Virus record (IMG/VR): IMGVR_UViG_3300031993_000072
Location: 1,330 to 65,329 of that record
Length of the DNA: 64,000 bases
Source: a virus
Taxonomy: Duplodnaviria; Caudoviricetes
Reading direction: 5' to 3' (one strand)
Of the stretch, positions 38,293 through 49,241 are shown piece after piece. Below the pieces are notes generated by a model. That model saw only the letters and a list, made by a program, of their open reading frames with translations. It was not told where the DNA came from and did not search any database. How positions within the stretch are numbered: position 1 is the stretch's first letter; the number at the start of each line of letters is the position of its first letter. The position numbers were made by a program, and so were the translations under genes.

Positions 38293-39837
38293 TTATCCGG
38301 AACATTTCAACATGTTTCGTCTAACCTTTTCTTTTAAACGTATAAATCTGCGTACGGTTCTTACGTAATGCCAGATGGATCTGCGCAGCATCTTGTCGAA
38401 TTCACGCCGCTGGCGGTGAGACATTACAAGGGTTGCGGATAATTCGCTGGGAACCTGGAAGTATTCGGCTCCATAATCAAGGCTCTGCACGGAATCTTCA
38501 AATATTGAACAATCGACAATTCCGCCCATGAGTTCGGAAAAAGTTCCGTCATCGTTTTTTATGAATAGCTTTCCGAGTTCAAGTTCTTCGCCCATTTTTT
38601 CCTCCATTGAATGATTGTGCTATGTATTTTACATATTTAAGCGTGTGTGCTATAATATTTTTGTGGTATGCCGGAGTGACCTATATGGCCTCCGGCTTTA
38701 TCGTGTCCAGATCAACCGTCTTTTACAACACGGGCAAATTTCTTGTCCCACATTTATAATGCTTCTACAACCTTCACACACAAACCACCAATACCATGCG
38801 CTACCTTCTATGCCAACCATTTCAGCCTTTGCGGTTTGTTCCGTCCTTTGTTTTTCCATGTCACGCACCCTTTCTGTGTATTTCCAATTACTTTTTCCGG
38901 CCATTCCCACTTCACTGATCTTCCTTGCGTATAAAATCAAGTAGTTCGTCTTTATTGTCCTTTGGCTTTTTTGCGAACTCATCTACAAACTCCTTAAAAT
39001 CCTTTGCAGATAAAGTCCGTTCAGCAATCCAAAGAACCATCTTTGATTGTGTCGATAGTGCCTTTCCTATGGATTCCCATGCTTTTTCATACGGGTCATT
39101 CATTCCCACTTCACCGACCTTTCCAACTGTGGTTTATGTTTCATATTGTTTACCGCCATCTTTGTTCCAAATCCATACCGCAAGTCTGATTGTCGGCATA
39201 CTCTGTCCACACCAATGGCAGTTTTCACATTCCAGATAAAACCGTTTCCATCTGTGCAGAAGTCTGTCATTCAGTCCTGTTATGCATGATCCGCAATCTG
39301 GGCAGTTATTCGCTTTTGGTTTCAGCTTCAGCCATTTCTTTCCGACTCTTTCGTGACGTTCCTGGAGTTCCTTGTCTTCTTCATCGCTTAATGTCATCAT
39401 TTCATCACTTCCGTTCCGTTAGTTATTTGTTTCAATCGTGAATGATTTCCCATTCTGACTCGTCCGCATAATACTGTTCCGCAATGTTGTTTACTTCTCT
39501 GTTAATTTCATCATCCGATGCGTTGTCATTCATTTCAATGTCAACATAGGATTCTTCTCCATCAAGGCTGCTGTGCAACCATGCACGAATTTTCATATTT
39601 TCACTTCCCTTCTTTGCCGGACATCATTCGGTTCAGAGATTCCATAAATTCTGGCATAGTGTCAACGATTTCACGCAGTTCTTCCAGGGTATTCGCTGCC
39701 CGGAAATACGTATGAACTACTTCTTTGCCTCCGGGATCATAAATAATCATCGTGCTTTCTCCACATAGCACACCGCGGTATCCATTGTCGGACGTGTACT
39801 CGATTCCTTTCCGGTCCACGCTGATATAAACTTTCAT
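38293..39837 (-). CDS. Run of small hypothetical proteins: 38293-38607, 38698-38982 (Zn ribbon), 38912-39109, 39134-39400 (Lar-like Zn ribbon), 39432-39596, 39601-39837
   Basis: Co-oriented ORFs with RBSs; CxxC pairs in two of them. Confidence 0.5.
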
Positions 39838-39841
39838 GGCT

Positions 39842-40402
39842 TCACTCCTTTCTTACGCAGTCGAACATACAATCCTGGGCGAATCTTTTTGCAGCCGGAA
39901 GCAGTATGACTGCCTGGCAGAATAGTTTGTTCCATGGTTCATCCGGCGTCTTCGGAACGTTTCGATCACGCTGGTCCTCCAGCATGTCGACAATCTGGCT
40001 GGCAGTCAGTGCCAGGTCAAACTGCATCCTATCTTTCCATGCAGCGAACGCCTGTGCTTCTTTTCGCATTTTAAGGGCATTTTCGGCGCGTTTAGCTTCG
40101 GATGGATCAATGCGGCCTTCCAGGTCCAGACCCATGCGGAATGCGTCGTTACACCACGATACGGCATCTTTAAATGACGATTTGTGATATTCCTGGACAA
40201 ACTTAATAACGTCGCCGCCGGACTTGCAAACATGGCAGTAGTATCCGCGGTCGCCTTTGTATAGGACACAGTTGAAATCGTTGCCTCCGTGGATCGGACA
40301 CTGGCAGCGGCCGTGCCGGATCTCCAGGCCCAGCATTTCACCGACGTCCTGGGCGGACACGGATGATTTAATCTTCTCTACAGCGATCGTCAGCTTATTC
40401 AT
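39842..40402 (-). CDS. CHC2 zinc-finger (primase ZBD) protein
   Basis: CPIHGG...YYCHVCKSGGDVIKFV. Confidence 0.85.
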   Translation of the reverse strand: MNKLTIAVEKIKSSVSAQDVGEMLGLEIRHGRCQCPIHGGNDFNCVLYKGDRGYYCHVCKSGGDVIKFVQEYHKSSFKDAVSWCNDAFRMGLDLEGRIDPSEAKRAENALKMRKEAQAFAAWKDRMQFDLALTASQIVDMLEDQRDRNVPKTPDEPWNKLFCQAVILLPAAKRFAQDCMFDCVRKE

Positions 40403-41310
40403 GAGGCTCCTGCTCCTTTGATATTCCGTCGCTGCATCCAAAGTCTGCCGGATAAGCTGGTAATCCTTCTGTTCCTACATATCTTGGATGCTTACAATCG
40501 AACAAAGGCTTTCCGAATACGGTATTCCCGGGATGCCTCTTTGCATATCTACAGTCCATGCACGTTGTAAATCGTTTACAGCCGGCCGCATATCCTCGGT
40601 TTTCCGCGCGTTGCATAGCGTACGTCTGCTGGACTGCTGTTTCCCACTTCTTGGTAATATCAATGCCATCCTGGATATAATACGTAGCATACATGATTGC
40701 GACCTTCAACGTGGTTTCATCATACTGCATGAGATAGTCGATCAATTCCTGCTTATTCATTCCACTTTCCTCTGAAGAATTTTTTAAGATTATACTTCCA
40801 TAGCGGGATACGGTTGTATTTATTGTTCTCTCCGTATCCACAAACCGGGCATTTTTCAAAATTATGCGCAAATCCATGTGGATGCACTTTGGGATCTGCC
40901 GCATAAAGTGTGCTGCAATTGCTGCACTCGATAAGGATTGCATCATTCTTTGGGCCAACTACATGACTCGCCATTATTCTGCCTCCTCATCCATGTGGAT
41001 CCACAACGGTTACCAGCGCGTATGTGACAGCAGGACCGTCATGAACTTTGCTGCCATCTATTATCTGTTCCTTCCAGACTTTCACTAATCCACGATTCAG
41101 CATTTGTTCACTAAGCTTTATAGCAAGGTCCTCATGAATAATATCTTCCGGAGGATCGTTAAACGGTTTGTGCCGGTATCCGGCCTTTACTTCCACAAGT
41201 GGACGTTCAACCTTTACAATGCAAGGTCTGTCCACAAACACTTCGGTCAGCGTATATTCTGTTTTTGTAATCCCACCAAGCAGGTGTATTAATTTATCTT
41301 TGATTTTCAT
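40395..41310 (-). CDS. Three hypothetical proteins (about 40395-40770, 40753-40974, 40987-41310)
   Basis: Co-oriented ORFs; Cys motifs in the first two. Confidence 0.5.
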
Positions 41311-41312
41311 GC

Positions 41313-41591
41313 TTACTCCTTTTCTGTTTCCAGCCGGGAAATCTCCCTGTTCAGATAGAATACAGCCTTCTTCAGATCTTCAATTTCCTTATCCGGATCT
41401 TTATGTCCGGCCCTGGTAATGTACTTCACAGCATTCCCGCGGCAGAAGTTCAGCTTCTTGTCCATGATGTAATCGATGCATTCAATATTGCCCTGGGTGT
41501 AATGGGAAGGATGGTTTACTGGATCATTCTGCATATGTTTTCCTCCTGTATTATTTATTTTGTCATATTCAACCAGGAATTTTTTCTGCAA
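41313..41591 (-). CDS. DUF3310-like protein
   Basis: DPVNHPSHYT...ECIDYI...GNAVKYITRAGHK...EDLKKA. Confidence 0.85.
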   Translation of the reverse strand: MQKKFLVEYDKINNTGGKHMQNDPVNHPSHYTQGNIECIDYIMDKKLNFCRGNAVKYITRAGHKDPDKEIEDLKKAVFYLNREISRLETEKE

Positions 41592-42238
41592 ATTCTTTGA
41601 AATGTTCGCTTAATATTTCTGCGTCTTTTTTACTGTTTATAACAAACCCAATCAAAGGTATAACTTCTTCCCCTTCCTGTAGTTTGTAATTGGATGTTTT
41701 TTCTATTGCACAGACGTTTGACACGCCAATTATTGAAACATATTTCCCATCTTTCGTTTTGAGGCCTTGCCCACGCCGGTACCCTTCATCAATTTGCAAA
41801 ACAAAAGGGAATGGCGCTCCCGTGTCCAATAAATGCACATGGTCAAGCATTATGTTTTCTGTGTCCATACTTCGTCCTTTCATTACATTATCCGACATAA
41901 ATTACTTCATGCCGAACGATTTCACTGTAGATTTCGAAAATGTCACTATAAATATCTGCGTCCTCGTCATAGCACGGGACAACCTCATGTTTGCTCGGCC
42001 CGTCATTCTCCACCAAGATCCACCAGATGGCGCCGCATTCCTTCGGATACCCGACCAGGATTACCGTGCCGTCCTTAAACCAAATCCGGACCTGCGAGTT
42101 ATAGCATCCGATCTCGTCCTCCTTGTACTCGCTTCCCTCGATCTCCACAAGATCGTCAGATGCACCATATATACGTATCATCTTATCCTCCAGTTTATAT
42201 AATTGCCTATTCTGAACCGGATGTGTCTTCCTGTTCAT
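41569..42238 (-). CDS. Two hypothetical proteins (41569-41898, 41888-42238)
   Basis: ORFs; the second has an IYGASDDLVE motif common in phages. Confidence 0.55.
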
Positions 42239-42545
42239 CGTGCATTTCTACGTACTTTCCTTTAATCTCAAGCACGTAATACCACATTCCTTCCTCTGCT
42301 CCCCATGCCGGGAATCCAGTCCCTATCTTTAGCCTTACAAGAACCGTAACTTCCGGTCTGTCATATCCGTATCCGTTTCGGAGAATCAGACAGGCTTCCT
42401 CGTTCGTTGGATTTCCATGTTCGTCAAGCAGTTCAAGGTTCTTGAAGCGTTGCTCATAATACGGGGTCATTTCCCTGTATTCTTCCGTTTTCTCACCGGA
42501 ACATATCATGTCAAACCATTTCTTTTTTATGGGTAACGTAAGCAC
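42207..42545 (-). CDS. ASCH domain protein
   Basis: MLTLPIKKKWFDMICSGEKTEEYRE...RNGY. Confidence 0.85.
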   Translation of the reverse strand: MLTLPIKKKWFDMICSGEKTEEYREMTPYYEQRFKNLELLDEHGNPTNEEACLILRNGYGYDRPEVTVLVRLKIGTGFPAWGAEEGMWYYVLEIKGKYVEMHDEQEDTSGSE

Positions 42546-42582
42546 TTTTTCACCTTCTCTCCGTTAAGTTTTTGATGCCTAA

Positions 42583-42966
42583 TCAACACAGAACCAATGT
42601 TTCACCTTCCGGGGATTTCGGCATCGGCATCCAATGGGTTACTGTAAATCCGTGTTTGATGAACGGTTCGTCCCTTTCCAAGTCCCACCATGTGCCTACG
42701 CCGTGGAATTTTTCAAAATGTCCGAAACCGATACGGCTCGCCAAATCTTTATGTTGCACATACACAATAACCTTGTTTATCATGCTTTTTGGCAATCTTT
42801 CTTCTGCCGGAATCCATTGTGGTTGCTCTTTCAGCAGTTCAAGGGCATCAGAGCATATTTGTTTTCTTACACGAGCATGATCATCATAACTCATAATGCC
42901 TTCTATCCATGAATCCCTGTCATGCAAATATTTCAACCCTTTGATAGCACTCTCAATATCTGCCAT
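42583..42966 (-). CDS. DUF551-like protein
   Basis: WIPAEERLP...VTHWMPMP. Confidence 0.75.
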   Translation of the reverse strand: MADIESAIKGLKYLHDRDSWIEGIMSYDDHARVRKQICSDALELLKEQPQWIPAEERLPKSMINKVIVYVQHKDLASRIGFGHFEKFHGVGTWWDLERDEPFIKHGFTVTHWMPMPKSPEGETLVLC

Positions 42967-43027
42967 TTAATCACTTCCTATCTGTTAGTTATTTGTTTCG
43001 TTTCGATGCCTAAAGCTAACAGGCTGA

Positions 43028-43594
43028 TTACTTATTTCCCCACCGGAATCCGAAGTCCGAACGCTTGATTTTGCATTTCGGTTCTCCGTCCTTCCAGAAC
43101 ACGATCCCTTCGATGTAGTTACCTTCCAAATATTCACGGATTCCTTCAAAAGTGCGAGGAACATCCATAACGTGTCTGCCATGACGGACAAGCATATCGT
43201 ACCGAAGCTGATGCGGATTGCCGTTGAAATGAGGGCCAACCGCTTCATACGTTCCGTCCGTCAGTTCCGTGTTGGTGCTGTTCTTCGCTTCGATGAACCA
43301 CCTGTCCGCAGGATTTTTTTCGTCCACCGGAACCCAATGGGGCCAATGTCCTGTAACAGGGTCAGGATCATCACACGGGATAGCGTTGACAGGCGGTTTC
43401 TTGCCTTTCTTCGCATCGTACCGCTTGTAGAATTTGCCATCTATGAAAGCACAGCACGATCCGTCAATCTTTTCCGTTGCATCACCTTCGCCATCAAGCA
43501 CCCACCGCAGAGATTCTGAAGTCAGTTCCGGTTTGATGTTTTTGATGCTGTGTCCTTCAAATTCACGGACAAATAATGTCGGTATCTTTTTCAT
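43028..43594 (-). CDS. RNA ligase-like nucleotidyltransferase (DUF5565-like)
   Basis: MKKIPTLF, ATEKIDG (KxDG motif I), EGIVF, KIKR. Confidence 0.7.
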   Translation of the reverse strand: MKKIPTLFVREFEGHSIKNIKPELTSESLRWVLDGEGDATEKIDGSCCAFIDGKFYKRYDAKKGKKPPVNAIPCDDPDPVTGHWPHWVPVDEKNPADRWFIEAKNSTNTELTDGTYEAVGPHFNGNPHQLRYDMLVRHGRHVMDVPRTFEGIREYLEGNYIEGIVFWKDGEPKCKIKRSDFGFRWGNK

Positions 43595-43647
43595 GTTTTT
43601 CTTCCTTTCGTTCCGTTCGCTTTTTGTTTCATAATTTCGGCCAAAAG

Positions 43648-44270
43648 TTAACTGCCCTTGTTCTTCTCTTTAATGACCTCATTCATGGCTTTGATAATCG
43701 GCACAGCACACAGATGGCAATAATGTCCGACTTGCTTCTTATAGAATATGACGGTCATCAGCAGATTCGGCTCGTCCGGTTTGTTTGTTATCTCTTTACG
43801 GCAACAATCGCATAAAGTAACCGTAACTCTGCTCATGCTCTCACTCCTCCATCGGTTCGTATTGTTTGCATTCTCCTGTTGAATATCCGATTGAAGTCCC
43901 ATTTTCATGCCCTTCTTTCCCACATGGACATGAATCCCATTGTTTGCAGATTCTGCAATCGTCTTTTTTCTTTAGCAGTTCTCTTGATTCTCTTCTTCGT
44001 TCTGGATGAAGCATTCCATCACTTCCTCACTCGCGTTTATTCGTTTCAAGTCAGAACTACTTCGTCTGCCTTTTCTGCACTAATGAAATTTAATTCAATT
44101 GTCCTCGCGCATTTTTCGCAGAGGTCGTAATCGGCTTGTATGTTTGTGACGTATTCGCCATCATGCTGATTACGGCATTTCCGTTTCCTACAAACCGTTA
44201 CCATAGCATCAACACCGACAATTGATTTACATAAGTCGCATTGCTTTATGATCGCCATGTTCTCACCTCG
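43648..44270 (-). CDS. Two small Cys-containing hypothetical proteins
   Basis: CDCC...CHLC and CDLC...CEKC. Confidence 0.45.
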
Positions 44271-44271
44271 C

Positions 44272-45675
44272 TTATTTATGCCCTTCATGTATTTCAGCGC
44301 CGATCTTCCGGTAACTCCTCCGGCGTTCTTTCCATGCACGTTCGCAGTATCCAATCTGCTCGTCCACAAAATCCAGCACAATCGGTGTTTCTTTTCCTTC
44401 AAACGTCCTGCGCACTCTGCCGACTGCCTGGGTAATTACGCTGCTGAACTTTGCTGGGGATGCAAGGAACAGCCGGTCAAGCCTTGGAACGTCCAAACCT
44501 TCTTTTGCCAGCGAGTAGGACGCGAACAAATATTTTTTCTTTCCGGTCCGCATGTCCTCGATTGCCTGCTCACGTTCTGCTTTGGCTTTCTTTGACGTCA
44601 TCTTTCCGTTGATGAATGCGCATTCGCCCAGCATGTCGACCGGCAGCAGTTCCATAATATCCTGCAGCTGGGCAAGACGGTCGGACAGGATCAGACAGCT
44701 GTGTCCTTTGTTGGCGACAATCCCGCTGGCGATATTGAAGTTTCTCCGGTTGTCCGTAGTTAGATACTCGATCAGTTTCACGTAATTGATCGTACCGTCG
44801 AAATTCAGACATTTTTCTTCGTCCATCGGTGTGCCGGTTTCGATGCGCTGGACTGTAACATTCATGACCTTATCCGCCACGGCTTCTTCCGGCACCTCAT
44901 AAGCGACCTTTCCAATCAGCGCGAACGTCGCCTTGATCAACCCGTCAGATCTTTCCGGTGTTGCTGTCAGTCCGTATTTATGCCTGGCAGACAGATGATT
45001 CAGCACCTTTTCATACCTGGTGAACGTCGTTGCCGTGCTGCTTACCCTGTGGCACTCGTCGACAATGACGACATCCCAGTAATCCCGATACTGCGTCAGT
45101 TCCAGGTTGGCCATGGTCTGGACCGTCGCGAACGTCACGCCAACTCCTACGTTGACCTTACCTTCAGTGATGGTTCCGATCAGTTCCGGATTGATGTACT
45201 GCAGCGCGCGGTCTCTGCTCTGGTTCAGCAAGTCCGCGGTGTGGCATAACCACAATGCGCGCCGACGAAGCTGCTTGATCAGCGCGATGCCCATCTGGGT
45301 TTTACCGCTGCCGGTCGTCGATTTGAGGATCCCATATTTTGCTTTGATCATTTCCCGGACGGCGATCTGCTGGTAATCGTATAGCGGAACTTCTGTTCCG
45401 TCGTAAACAATCACGCTATCCTGCTTAAAATCGCATTCTACCCGTGTCCCGATCAGCATGGGCATTATCTCCCGGCTGACGCCGAACGGCAGAATAAGCG
45501 TGTTTCCGTCCCATTCATACATACGCAGTTCCCGTGGAGTGCCGCCGGTCCAGAATCCCATGCGCTGCTTCTTTTCAAAGTCCGGATTCGGAAACCTCAG
45601 TGTCGCATCCGCCCAGGCTTTGATTTCATCTGATGGATCTGTGATGTAGATCCGGTTTGCAAACGTAGTGTTCAT
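44272..45675 (-). CDS. SF2 DEAD/DEAH helicase
   Basis: STTGSGKT, VIVDECH, GLTATPER, EGLD, QAVGRVRR. Confidence 0.92.
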   Translation of the reverse strand: MNTTFANRIYITDPSDEIKAWADATLRFPNPDFEKKQRMGFWTGGTPRELRMYEWDGNTLILPFGVSREIMPMLIGTRVECDFKQDSVIVYDGTEVPLYDYQQIAVREMIKAKYGILKSTTGSGKTQMGIALIKQLRRRALWLCHTADLLNQSRDRALQYINPELIGTITEGKVNVGVGVTFATVQTMANLELTQYRDYWDVVIVDECHRVSSTATTFTRYEKVLNHLSARHKYGLTATPERSDGLIKATFALIGKVAYEVPEEAVADKVMNVTVQRIETGTPMDEEKCLNFDGTINYVKLIEYLTTDNRRNFNIASGIVANKGHSCLILSDRLAQLQDIMELLPVDMLGECAFINGKMTSKKAKAEREQAIEDMRTGKKKYLFASYSLAKEGLDVPRLDRLFLASPAKFSSVITQAVGRVRRTFEGKETPIVLDFVDEQIGYCERAWKERRRSYRKIGAEIHEGHK

Positions 45676-46109
45676 ACATCCTCCGCCCAGGTGTCGCTGG
45701 CCTCCAGCCATTTTTCAAGAGACCAGGTATGTTCATTCATATCTTTCATCGTGAATCGTTTTCTTCCTCGATTGCGGAACGTTTCAATACGTTCAAGAGA
45801 CACAAGACGGATCTCGCCGTCCGGAAGCCGGAAGGCGAAGTAGCACAATTCTCCGCATTTCCGCTGGAACATCCGCATGGCGTATTTCTGATTCTCTTCC
45901 ACACGATCAAACGGGAACCCGTCTTCCTCTTTGCTGATGACCTTGGCATCAATCAGCGTATGGAATTTCCCCTTCACTGCAATGATATCCGCAGGCTGGC
46001 CTGCCTTATTCTGCTGCATCACATGCACCCAGAATTTATGATCAAACAGGATCTTGGCCAGATCCTGTTCAAAGTGATTTCCTATTGTTCTGTTATCAGT
46101 CTTTGTCAT
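45672..46109 (-). CDS. PD-(D/E)XK nuclease, probable Holliday junction resolvase
   Basis: GNHFE...PADII...IDAK motif. Confidence 0.7.
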   Translation of the reverse strand: MTKTDNRTIGNHFEQDLAKILFDHKFWVHVMQQNKAGQPADIIAVKGKFHTLIDAKVISKEEDGFPFDRVEENQKYAMRMFQRKCGELCYFAFRLPDGEIRLVSLERIETFRNRGRKRFTMKDMNEHTWSLEKWLEASDTWAEDV

Positions 46110-46386
46110 CTTCCTCCTCCTCGTCTTCCTTTGCAATGGTGAACCGTTCGTATTCCACCTTGCCGGTCACGAATTTCATGCTGGATTCTGTTACTCCAAA
46201 CAGCGGCATTATGACGTCCGGATTCGCCATGAACGAATCGCAGCAGCAAACGCCAAGCTGGTCATTACCGCGTTTGGTGTCGCACATAATCTTGTCGCCG
46301 ACTTCCAGCACAATTCCCTTTGGTACGCGAAACAGGAATTTTCCGCTATTTTCAAAATGTTTAACGATCACATAATTCTTCAGCAT
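46096..46386 (-). CDS. Hypothetical protein
   Basis: ORF with RBS. Confidence 0.55.
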   Translation of the reverse strand: MLKNYVIVKHFENSGKFLFRVPKGIVLEVGDKIMCDTKRGNDQLGVCCCDSFMANPDVIMPLFGVTESSMKFVTGKVEYERFTIAKEDEEEEDDKD

Positions 46387-46534
46387 AAGAATGCCCCTTT
46401 CTTATAGTCTCCGGATGACGATCTCTGTCGTTGCTTAATCCGGAGTAAACGGTTAGTAGATCCACCCCAATCCATGGACTACATCCGGCGCTGCCCACTC
46501 ACATACAACTGTTACGCCGGTCCCGTGAAAACTA

Positions 46535-46912
46535 TCAGAACGGCAGTTCTCCGTCAGCAGGCGTTACCGGTGTCATTTCCGGCTGGACCTCCGCCTGGGA
46601 TCCTTCCCGCTTCCCGCAGAAGTGGATCTTATCCAGCAGAAGAACGTTCTTGCTGCGCTTCTGGCCGTCCTTTTCCCACTCTTCCGTGGTCAGCTTTCCT
46701 TCGACAACAACCTCATTGCCTTTCGCAAACCGGCTGGCAATGAATTCGGCCTGGGCGCCGAAGGACTTGCATTCAAGGAAGCATTTTGTTTCGCGTTCCT
46801 TGTACTTTTCACTCCAGGCAATCCGGAAATTGCACACCTTCGTGCCGGAATTTGTGGTGTTCAGTTCCGGATCAGCAACAAACCGGCCCTGCAGTTCAGA
46901 ATGATTCAGCAT
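46535..46912 (-). CDS. ssb: Single-stranded DNA-binding protein
   Basis: LQGRFVADPEL...VEGKL; acidic tail ending GELPF. Confidence 0.92.
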   Translation of the reverse strand: MLNHSELQGRFVADPELNTTNSGTKVCNFRIAWSEKYKERETKCFLECKSFGAQAEFIASRFAKGNEVVVEGKLTTEEWEKDGQKRSKNVLLLDKIHFCGKREGSQAEVQPEMTPVTPADGELPF

Positions 46913-46927
46913 ATTGGTGTTTCCTCC

Positions 46928-47569
46928 TTATTCAGCATCTGCCATCAGTTCGGCAGCGAGATCTGTCTGCTGTGTTTCCTGCTCTGCTGCTGCCTTTGCA
47001 GCAGTTTCAGCCTCCAGCCTGGCTTTTTCTTTCTGCCCGCATTCGACGCACAGGAACTTGCCGTATTTGGCCTTGGTGTTCGCGGCGATCTGCTCCGCGG
47101 TAAAGTTTGCCATGCCGGAGATAGCCTTCCCACAGCATTCACATTTCTGGGCCTTGGCAGTCTTGCCCTTGATTTCCTCTTCCCGGATGCGGATGCCGTC
47201 AACCAGGTCGCCGGTCGAAGGATCACGAACGTTCGGTTTCAGATACAGCTTGATCTTCTTTCCGACAAGCGCCTCAGCGCTGGTACCCTTGAACAGTTTG
47301 CGCAGGGTCTTCCGGTTCGTGGAATTGACCACCAGCGGCCGGACCTGGTTGATGGATCCAGGCACAGTTTCTTCAACAAAAGAGATCACGTCGTGCCGTT
47401 CCTTGCCGCGGGCCAGGGTAATAAAGCCGTTATACAATGCTTTGATTGTGAGAACAGGTTCCGTACCAGGCTCCAGGTCCTCGGCGCCAAGATATTCACT
47501 GTCACGAAACGCCCCGAGGCGTTCCTTCCCTTCCATGGGTTTCATGTTCTGCAGTTCCTTCGGGATCAT
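46928..47569 (-). CDS. Putative ssDNA-annealing / recombination partner protein
   Basis: Lies between a RecE-like exonuclease gene and ssb; C-terminal CECC...CVEC. Confidence 0.5.
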   Translation of the reverse strand: MIPKELQNMKPMEGKERLGAFRDSEYLGAEDLEPGTEPVLTIKALYNGFITLARGKERHDVISFVEETVPGSINQVRPLVVNSTNRKTLRKLFKGTSAEALVGKKIKLYLKPNVRDPSTGDLVDGIRIREEEIKGKTAKAQKCECCGKAISGMANFTAEQIAANTKAKYGKFLCVECGQKEKARLEAETAAKAAAEQETQQTDLAAELMADAE

Positions 47570-47913
47570 GTCTCTTCCTCCTTGTTCAATTTCCTCCCGC
47601 ACAGCGGGCAGTATTCGATTCTGACTCCCAGTGTCGTATATTCTCCGGATGAGTTCTGGAAGCAAAGCAGATTTTTTTCTTTCAGCTGGATAAAATTAGA
47701 ATCGTCCGGTTCATCATCCAATCCGAATCTCGCTTGAAGAGAGGAAACCATTGACATTATTGTCATAATTCCTCCTCCAATGGATTCCTCAGCTGGGATT
47801 AATTCTCCGTTGCAGAACTTACACGGATCACTCATGTTCATTCTTCCTCCTGCATGGCGATCCAGCCGGGAATGCTGGTGACGTTCGGGATATCTCCGAC
47901 GTACCCGGGCCAC
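47566..47913 (-). CDS. Small Zn-ribbon hypothetical protein
   Basis: CKFC...YCPLCGRKL. Confidence 0.5.
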   Translation of the reverse strand: MARVRRRYPERHQHSRLDRHAGGRMNMSDPCKFCNGELIPAEESIGGGIMTIMSMVSSLQARFGLDDEPDDSNFIQLKEKNLLCFQNSSGEYTTLGVRIEYCPLCGRKLNKEEET

Positions 47914-48647
47914 ATGTCAACGGCCTTGCATTCGTGGTACCGCTGCAGCAGATCGTGGAACTTATTGACACCGGCCGCCATGACGTCCGGAGAAACCTCA
48001 ATCACGTTCACTGCGTACGGAGGATCCTTTTCCTGTGCAACGAAGATGAACCCTGGCAACCGCTTCAGCCGCTTTGCCTTCATGACGCCTTCCGCGTACA
48101 TACCGGCCTGCATGTAGTAACCCAGCTTGAAGATCTCGCTGTTGAAGCGGTTCGTTTCCGCAGACTTTGCGGTCTTGTAATCGATAACGTACTTCTTCCG
48201 CTTGATCGTCACGACCTTGTCGCATTTGATCTTGCACTTCTCGCCGGTCACCTTGTCGGTCCAGAAGAACGCGGCTTCCGTCTTGCCCTTTGCATTCAGA
48301 ATAGAATGCGCAAGATCGCACTGTTCAAGCGCGATGAACATATCGACAATCTTGCTGTAGTCATCCGCACTGACGACGGTCTTGTCCGGATTCGTCGAAA
48401 CAAACGCGTCCCAGACTTCCTTGCCGGCCTTGGTACGCTTGTCAACGACCGGAGCAACGGCATACTCCTTATCGAATTCGGCTTTGCCTTCCAGGACATA
48501 TTTGTGGCAAGCGCTGCCGAATGCCATGGCTGCCGTCTGTTCTACCGGGAACTGGAGATTATACCGGAATTTCTCCGGCGAATCCTCCATCTTCCACAGG
48601 TCGCTGCGGCGGATCCCTTCCGCCTGGTTGTAATCCAGTTCATTCAT
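47838..48647 (-). CDS. RecE/exonuclease VIII-like PD-(D/E)XK nuclease (DUF3799-like)
   Basis: AMAFGSACH, CKIKCD, IDYKT, YYMQAGMY. Confidence 0.85.
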   Translation of the reverse strand: MNELDYNQAEGIRRSDLWKMEDSPEKFRYNLQFPVEQTAAMAFGSACHKYVLEGKAEFDKEYAVAPVVDKRTKAGKEVWDAFVSTNPDKTVVSADDYSKIVDMFIALEQCDLAHSILNAKGKTEAAFFWTDKVTGEKCKIKCDKVVTIKRKKYVIDYKTAKSAETNRFNSEIFKLGYYMQAGMYAEGVMKAKRLKRLPGFIFVAQEKDPPYAVNVIEVSPDVMAAGVNKFHDLLQRYHECKAVDMWPGYVGDIPNVTSIPGWIAMQEEE

Positions 48648-48770
48648 CTGTCTTCTCCTCCATGTCTTTCTGTTTTGTCTCAACTATTGTTATGTGCTTC
48701 CACACCCACCAGCGTGAATATTTTACGGTCCCAACGATTCCGGCAATCACACCGGCCAGGAAATACCATA

Positions 48771-49241
48771 TCAATCCGACATCAACTCCTTCAGTACGTC
48801 GTTCAGCGCACGACTGTTATTTCCAAGCGCCTTTTTTATGAAGCACAGTGCGACACCATACTGCGGATCGTAACGATCCCGCTCATCGCACTTTACAACC
48901 GTCCTTGTTCCGTCTTCCCAGTAGACAATCGTCGCCGGGTAGTTGTAGATGACCCTGGTGTGCCGCAGAAATTTAGGTATCCTATTCTTACCGGATTTAC
49001 TGGAAACAAGAGGATCTTTGACTCTGCATTCAAGACGAATGGCCGTGCATCGTTCAAATGGGCCGAAACCACTCATATGAGGTTCGGAACTTATTACATC
49101 CATGTGAATTTCGTTTCCATTCCCGTCTTTCAGAATGCAGTCTTCTGCGCTAGTTGCGTTAAATAACAACTTATTCAATCTGTATTCCTCCTTATTCATA
49201 TCTGATAAAGTTCGGACCATAGATCTGATTGCAATCATCAA
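48771..49241 (-). CDS. Conserved phage hypothetical protein
   Basis: VIYNYPATIVYWEDGTRTVVKC...YDPQYGVALCFIKK. Confidence 0.6.
   Translation of the reverse strand: MMIAIRSMVRTLSDMNKEEYRLNKLLFNATSAEDCILKDGNGNEIHMDVISSEPHMSGFGPFERCTAIRLECRVKDPLVSSKSGKNRIPKFLRHTRVIYNYPATIVYWEDGTRTVVKCDERDRYDPQYGVALCFIKKALGNNSRALNDVLKELMSD

Noticed and set aside
46390-46530. Possible ncRNA in the GC-rich gap after ssb (similarly 50380-50560)
   Set aside because: Some hairpin potential, but no recognisable family motif or repeat support.
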